A DNA stretch of 64,000 nt, taken from NCBI GenBank assembly GCA_040404065.1, contig JBBAJM010000001.1; one strand, written 5' to 3'. The position numbers and the translations under genes were made by a program. Position 1 is the first letter of the stretch; the number at the start of each line of letters is the position of its first letter. Shown here one piece after another: positions 58,875 through 64,000 of the stretch. This DNA is from Candidatus Fonsibacter sp. Lineage in GTDB: Bacteria > Pseudomonadota > Alphaproteobacteria > Pelagibacterales > Pelagibacteraceae. The notes under the pieces are model-generated. The model was not told the origin of the DNA. It did not search any database and was given only the letters and a program-made list of their open reading frames with translations.

Positions 58875-59795
58875 GTGTATAAAGCTACATTTGCTAATTA
58901 TCAAAATAATAAAAATCTTTTAGTTTTAAAAAATTTTTATAATTTAATGAAGCCAAGAGTAATGTCTTTGGTTGTTTTCACTGCATTAGTTGGTCTTTTG
59001 ATTTCTAATACAAAAGTAAATTTTTTAAGTTCTTCACTAGCACTTTTTTTTGTAGCTTTAGGTGCAGGAGCCGCAGGAGCTCTTAATATGTGGTACGACT
59101 CCGAAATTGATGCCGTAATGTCCCGCACTTGTTTAAGACCAATACCACTTGGGAAAATATCAAATAACCAAGCGTTATATTTTGGAATTTCTTTATCAGT
59201 AATATCTATTTGGGGACTTTATGTTTTTTCAAATATTCTATCTGCTATAATTTTAGCTATTACTATTGGTTTTTATATTTTTATTTACACAATTTGGCTT
59301 AAACGCAGAAGCGTTCAGAATATTGTAATAGGAGGAGCAGCAGGTGCTTTTCCGCCAGTAATAGGATGGTCTATTGCTAATAATAATTTGTCAATTGAGC
59401 CAATAGTATTGTTTTTAATTATATTTTTCTGGACCCCGTCTCATTTTTGGTCTTTGTCTTTATATAAATCCGAAGATTACAAAAAAGCGAAAATACCAAT
59501 GCTACCAGTGGTTTCAGGAGTAAATTTTACAAAAAAAAATATTTTTGCATATGCGCTTATATTATTCCCTATAACTATACTTCCATTTTATTTTAAATTT
59601 GCTGGTTTTGTTTATTTAATACCAACTGTTTTCTTAGGATTATTTTATATTTTTTTAACATTCAAGTTGTTAAACGCTAATAATAAGAAAACTATAGGAA
59701 TGCTATCTAAAAAAATATTTGGTTTTTCCATTTTATATCTATTCTTATTATTTGCTTTATTGCTGACAGAAAGTTTTATTAAATTTGTTAAATGA
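58875..59795 (+). CDS. ctaB: Protoheme IX farnesyltransferase (heme O synthase), GTG start
   Basis: MKPRVMSLVVFT, NMWYDSEID..M.RT..RPIP.G, QNIVIGGAAGA.PP.IGW, WTPSHFW. Confidence 0.95.
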   Translation: MYKATFANYQNNKNLLVLKNFYNLMKPRVMSLVVFTALVGLLISNTKVNFLSSSLALFFVALGAGAAGALNMWYDSEIDAVMSRTCLRPIPLGKISNNQALYFGISLSVISIWGLYVFSNILSAIILAITIGFYIFIYTIWLKRRSVQNIVIGGAAGAFPPVIGWSIANNNLSIEPIVLFLIIFFWTPSHFWSLSLYKSEDYKKAKIPMLPVVSGVNFTKKNIFAYALILFPITILPFYFKFAGFVYLIPTVFLGLFYIFLTFKLLNANNKKTIGMLSKKIFGFSILYLFLLFALLLTESFIKFVK

Positions 59796-59899
59796 ATAAA
59801 AAATATATTACTGTAATTATATTATTATTATTAGTTGTTTTTTTTTTTATTTTTACAATAATAAATGTAGGAAATGGTATCCTAGTTAGACCTCTATGA
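59792..59899 (+). CDS. Small single-TM protein in the cox operon (35 aa, [35 protein letters not shown]), missed by the ORF track
   Basis: ATGA overlaps at both ends (ctaB stop and ctaG start), basic N-terminus plus hydrophobic helix. The C-terminal G.G.L.RPL matches, from memory, the small ORF between ctaB and ctaG in rhizobial cox operons. Confidence 0.8.
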   Translation: MNKKYITVIILLLLVVFFFIFTIINVGNGILVRPL

Positions 59900-60444
59900 A
59901 TTTTCAGGTAAATAAAAGAATAAAACCTTTTTATTTAGTTATTATCTTCTTTGTTATGCTTGGACTATCCTTTGCCTCCGTTCCACTTTATGAGTTATTC
60001 TGTAAGGCTACCGGCTTTGGAGGAACCACAAAAGTTTCTAAGCAAATTCCAAATGTTATTGTCAATCACGTTATTTTAACCAGATTTGATACTAACGTTG
60101 CAAAAGGATTATTTTGGGATTTTAAAACAGAAAAAACTAAAGAAAATATTAAACCGGGACAAGTTTCTATTGTGAAATTTAAAGTTAAAAATTTGGGAAA
60201 TGAAACCTCAACAGCAGTAGCAACTTTTAACGTCATGCCAGATTCTGCTGGTCAGTATTTTAATAAAATTAGTTGTTTTTGTTTTGAACAACAAACTTTA
60301 AAACCAAAAGAAACAAAGGAGTTCGAAATGGCTTATTTTATTGATCCAAAGATAGTTGATGACTTGTCTGCTAAGGAAATTAAGGATATTACTTTATCTT
60401 ATACTTTTTTTGATGTAGCTAACTTTAAAAAGGATAAAAACTAA
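59896..60444 (+). CDS. ctaG: Cytochrome c oxidase assembly copper chaperone Cox11/CtaG
   Basis: [29 protein letters not shown] (CFCF). Confidence 0.96.
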   Translation: MNFQVNKRIKPFYLVIIFFVMLGLSFASVPLYELFCKATGFGGTTKVSKQIPNVIVNHVILTRFDTNVAKGLFWDFKTEKTKENIKPGQVSIVKFKVKNLGNETSTAVATFNVMPDSAGQYFNKISCFCFEQQTLKPKETKEFEMAYFIDPKIVDDLSAKEIKDITLSYTFFDVANFKKDKN

Positions 60445-61238
60445 TGTCAGATGACCATAAAAAAGGGCACGACTACCACTTGGTTGATCCAAGTGTTTGG
60501 CCAATAACTTCTTCTTTTGCCGCTTTAGTTTTAGCCTTTGGTGCAGTTTATTATATGCACTCAAAATCTATTTGGCTTCTATTAATTGGATTAGGTTTGA
60601 CTCTTTATTCAATGTTTATGTGGTTTAGAGATGTTGTTATTGAGGGTGAATATAAAGGTGATCATACACCAGTTGTTCAGATCGGTTTAAGATATGGAAT
60701 GACATTATTTATAATGTCTGAAGTAATGTTCTTTGTTGCTTGGTTTTGGGCCTTCTTTGATGCAAGTTTATTTCCTTCACAGGTACTAGGATCGGTCTGG
60801 CCACCTAAAGGCATTAATGCTCTTGATCCTTGGCACATACCATTAGTTAATACATTAATTTTACTTTTATCTGGAACAACAGTTACTTGGGCGCATCATG
60901 CTCTTTTGGAAAATGACAGAAAAGGATTGTTAAGCGGTTTATTATTAACAGTTATATTAGGTTCTATTTTCACTTGTTTTCAAGCCTACGAATATATCCA
61001 TGCAGATTTTAAATTAAGCACAGGGATTTATGGATCAACTTTTTACATGGCAACCGGCTTTCATGGCTTTCACGTTATTGTGGGAACAATCTTTTTAACA
61101 GTTTGCTATTTTAGAGCTAAAGCGGGACATTATAAGCCTGATCATCATTTTGGATTTGAAGCAGCTGCTTGGTATTGGCATTTCGTCGATGTGGTTTGGC
61201 TATTCTTATTTGCTTCAATATATATCTGGGGAAGTTAA
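60444..61238 (+). CDS. coxC: Cytochrome c oxidase subunit III
   Basis: [48 protein letters not shown]. Confidence 0.98.
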   Translation: MSDDHKKGHDYHLVDPSVWPITSSFAALVLAFGAVYYMHSKSIWLLLIGLGLTLYSMFMWFRDVVIEGEYKGDHTPVVQIGLRYGMTLFIMSEVMFFVAWFWAFFDASLFPSQVLGSVWPPKGINALDPWHIPLVNTLILLLSGTTVTWAHHALLENDRKGLLSGLLLTVILGSIFTCFQAYEYIHADFKLSTGIYGSTFYMATGFHGFHVIVGTIFLTVCYFRAKAGHYKPDHHFGFEAAAWYWHFVDVVWLFLFASIYIWGS

Positions 61239-61250
61239 TAGATATTTTTT

Positions 61251-61898
61251 TTGAAAATAAAGTCATTAGACATTTTTTTTATATTTTTTGTTTTGGTTCT
61301 TTTTTCGTTAGGAACTTGGCAAATTATTAGACTTAATTACAAGAATAATTTATTAAAAAACTTAGAAAATAATTTAAGGAAAAATTCTATTAATTTTAAT
61401 TTAGAAATTAATAAAGAATACACTAAAGTTATATTAAAAAAGAAATCATTAAAACCAGAAGTATTTTTATACCATCTAAATAAAGGAGAAATCAATTTTA
61501 AAGTTATAGTTGCTTACGAAGTTAACAATTCACTTGTAGTTTTAGTTGATAAAGGCTGGGTTAAAAAAGATAAAATTAATTTAATAAAAAAAAGTTTTTT
61601 TTACGAAGATGTTATTGAGGGGTATACACAAAAAATAAGAGAAAAAGGTATGTTTACACCAGACAATAATATCAAAGAAGATTTTATATACTTTGTTGAC
61701 GTTGATCTTTTAAAGAGGATCTTAAATAAGAATATTTATCCATTATTAATTGTTCAAACTTCAAAAACAAATAAAGATATGGTTGCTAATAATTACGAAA
61801 TTCAATTATCAAATAATCATTTGCAATATGCTATAACGTGGTATGGCTTAGGATTAGTAACTGTAATTTTTTTTTTATTTTATAGGAAAAAAGTTTAA
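61251..61898 (+). CDS. SURF1/Shy1-family cytochrome oxidase assembly protein (TTG start)
   Basis: LG.WQ..RL..K, VLVDKGWV, NNHLQYAITWY; two TM segments. Confidence 0.88.
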   Translation: MKIKSLDIFFIFFVLVLFSLGTWQIIRLNYKNNLLKNLENNLRKNSINFNLEINKEYTKVILKKKSLKPEVFLYHLNKGEINFKVIVAYEVNNSLVVLVDKGWVKKDKINLIKKSFFYEDVIEGYTQKIREKGMFTPDNNIKEDFIYFVDVDLLKRILNKNIYPLLIVQTSKTNKDMVANNYEIQLSNNHLQYAITWYGLGLVTVIFFLFYRKKV

Positions 61899-63298
61899 TG
61901 AAATATATTAGCACAAGAAATAACAAAAAAACTTATAGTTTTATAGATACTTTTTTAAACGGCCTTGCTCATGATGGAGGTCTTTATATTCCAAAAAATA
62001 TACCACACCTTTCAAAATCGACTTTGCAAAAATTTTCTAAATTAAATTATAATGATTTAGCTTATGAGATTATTAAGATTTATACCGGTGACACTTTTTC
62101 AAAAACTGAATTAAAAAAAATTATTAAAAAATCTTATAAAAATTTCGACGGTAAAAATGTAATAAAATTTTCAAGGGTTAAAAATTTTAATTTGATAGAA
62201 TTGTATCATGGACCGACGCTAGCCTTTAAAGATATTGCCATGCAGGTCATAGGCAATATGTACGAAGTTATTCTTAATAAAAATAAGAATAGAGTTAATT
62301 TAGTGACAGCAACCTCAGGGGATACGGGCGCCGCAGCAATCGATGCTGTCAAAAATAAAAAAAACATAAGAATTTTTGTTCTACATCCAAAAGGAAAAGT
62401 TTCTGTAACGCAAAGAAAACTAATGACGACAGTTAATGCCAAAAATGTTTTCAATATTGCAGTGCAAGGCTCATTTGATGACTGTCAAACATTAGTTAAA
62501 TCAATGTTTAATGATTTGAACTTTAGAAGAACAATTAATATGTCAGGTGTTAACTCAATAAACTGGGCCAGAATTGTTGTTCAGATAGTTTATTATTTCT
62601 ATTCCCATTTTCGTTTATCTGATAAAAAGAAAAAGAGTGTTTTTTCAGTTCCCACAGGAAACTTCGGGGATATTTATGCCGGGTATATAGCTTACAAAAT
62701 GGGATTGCCCATATCTAAATTAATTATTGCAACGAACGAAAACGATCTTTTACATAAATTTCTTAAAAATGGAGTTTATAAACCATCAAAAGTTAAATTT
62801 AGTATTTCACCAAGTATGGATATACAAGTTGCGAGCAACTTTGAGAGACTTATCTCCTCTTATTATAAGAATAATTCTAAAAAAATATCAGCGTTTATGA
62901 ATCAATTAAATAAAGCTGGCTTTTATAAAATAGAAAAAAAAATTTTAGAAAGAATAAAGAATATTTTTTATTCTAAATCCGTTAACGCTAAAGACACTAC
63001 GGATCTTATTATGTCAGTTTATAATAATAATCATAAAATATTGGATCCTCATTCTTCAGTAGGCTTAAAAGCTTTAGAAGATTATTATTCCAATAATAAT
63101 ACCAAATCTGAAAATTTGTTTTGTTTAGAAACGGCTCACCCAGGTAAATTTAAAGAGACTATTTATAAAATTTTAAAAAGAAAACCTATAGTTCCTATAG
63201 GAATAAATCGAAGTCTTAAAAAAAAAGAATTCTACAAAGTGCTACCTAATAACTTAAATAAAATAAAAGATTATATTAAAACTAATCGTTTGCGATAG
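61898..63298 (+). CDS. thrC: Threonine synthase
   Basis: MKYISTR, GLAHDGGLY.P, ELYHGPTLAFKD (PLP Lys), ATSGDTG, VNSINWARI, VPTGNFG, ETAHP.KF. Confidence 0.97.
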   Translation: MKYISTRNNKKTYSFIDTFLNGLAHDGGLYIPKNIPHLSKSTLQKFSKLNYNDLAYEIIKIYTGDTFSKTELKKIIKKSYKNFDGKNVIKFSRVKNFNLIELYHGPTLAFKDIAMQVIGNMYEVILNKNKNRVNLVTATSGDTGAAAIDAVKNKKNIRIFVLHPKGKVSVTQRKLMTTVNAKNVFNIAVQGSFDDCQTLVKSMFNDLNFRRTINMSGVNSINWARIVVQIVYYFYSHFRLSDKKKKSVFSVPTGNFGDIYAGYIAYKMGLPISKLIIATNENDLLHKFLKNGVYKPSKVKFSISPSMDIQVASNFERLISSYYKNNSKKISAFMNQLNKAGFYKIEKKILERIKNIFYSKSVNAKDTTDLIMSVYNNNHKILDPHSSVGLKALEDYYSNNNTKSENLFCLETAHPGKFKETIYKILKRKPIVPIGINRSLKKKEFYKVLPNNLNKIKDYIKTNRLR

Positions 63299-63716
63299 CA
63301 GCGTTTCTTGCAAGCAAGTCTACTCTATTGTTATATTTGTTAATGGAGTGTGCTTTCACCCAATGCCAATCAACTTCTTTTTCATTAATTATAGCATCTA
63401 ATTTAATCCAGAGATCCTTATTTTTTACATCTTTCTTATTCGCGTTTTTCCAATTGTTTAATTTCCAATTATGAATCCATTTTTCAATCCCATCTTTTAC
63501 ATATTTAGAGTCGGTATAGATTTTTATTTTTTTATTTTGTATAATATTTTCCAAAGCATTTATAGCGGCTGTTAATTCCATTCTATTGTTGGTAGAATCT
63601 TTTTCCGATCCAAATATTTCCTCTTCTTTTTCATTCTGAATAATTACGGCGGCCCAACCACCTTTTCCTGGGTTACCTAAACAAGATCCGTCTGTATAAA
63701 TAATTACTTCATTCAT
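63282..63716 (-). CDS. rnhA: Ribonuclease HI
   Basis: IYTDGSC.GNPG.GGW, TNNRMEL.A, TDS.YV..GI..WI, VKN.DLW, W.WVKAH...N..VD. Confidence 0.97.
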   Translation of the reverse strand: MNEVIIYTDGSCLGNPGKGGWAAVIIQNEKEEEIFGSEKDSTNNRMELTAAINALENIIQNKKIKIYTDSKYVKDGIEKWIHNWKLNNWKNANKKDVKNKDLWIKLDAIINEKEVDWHWVKAHSINKYNNRVDLLARNAAIAND

Positions 63717-64000
63717 TAAATAAAATATTCGTTAAAACTTTTAATAGTTGAATGAAACTCTAATTTTTTAAAATATTCAAAAGGATCTTTAATTTTAACG
63801 TCCGCTTTATTATCGGTATTATAAAAGTCATATAGTCTAGTTAGAAAAAATCTCATCGCAGCGCCCATAGATAGGATAGGTAAGTATTTTTTTTCATCCA
63901 CACTTAGTTTTCTTATTGAAGAATAGCCATCTATAAGATTTTTGGCCTTGGTCATATTAAATGTAGAGTTATTATCAAAGCAAATTGAGTTTAAGCAGAT
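63716..64000 (-). CDS. thrB: Homoserine kinase type II (ThrB), C-terminal part; gene starts beyond the window end
   Basis: The frame is open to base 64000: ICLNSICFD...FNMTKAKNLIDGYSSIR.LS..E...LP.L..GAAMRFFLTRL.D...KDP.EY. thrB-rnhA adjacency is typical of alphaproteobacteria. Confidence 0.88.
   Translation of the reverse strand: MCLNSICFDNNSTFNMTKAKNLIDGYSSIRKLSVDEKKYLPILSMGAAMRFFLTRLYDFYNTDNKADVKIKDPFEYFKKLEFHSTIKSFNEYFI

Overview
Very AT-rich (roughly 30% GC by eye), densely packed bacterial chromosome segment. Gene content, gene order and protein sequences point to a streamlined alphaproteobacterium of the SAR11/Pelagibacterales type; this is an inference and the subclade cannot be determined here. 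The window is almost all core housekeeping genes: gltB (5'-partial); thrS-infC-rpmI-rplT-pheS-pheT-lepA; a small accessory patch around tRNA-Ser (GT17 glycosyltransferase, 2OG-Fe(II) oxygenase with atypical codon usage, beta-lactamase-like serine hydrolase); aceE-aceF, with a lipoyl domain fused to the homodimeric E1; tRNA-Thr and a csp gene; dcd-murA-DUF2948-hisD-infA-maf-tRNA-Phe-tRNA-His-hisS-hisZ-hisG; groES-groEL; aminotransferase-HAD-ribF-ileS-lspA-pgi; rsmD/rluB/tadA/purD/xseA; lipid A genes (lpxL-like, lpxK, waaA, msbA); pmbA/ubiA/rsmE/tldD; the aa3 cytochrome c oxidase operon; thrC; rnhA; and a partial thrB. I saw no CRISPR array, prophage or transposase. The best candidate for an undescribed system is an unannotated 20-codon His-rich ORF (MIKKYISTHRHHPHAEHALS, 28381-28443) with alternative hairpins, lying directly upstream of tRNA-His, hisS, hisZ and hisG. 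It looks like a histidine-sensing leader controlling a tRNA, its synthetase and the pathway's first enzyme, but it lacks a classical terminator. Two other small ORFs missed by the ORF track are reported, as is the ATT start of infC.
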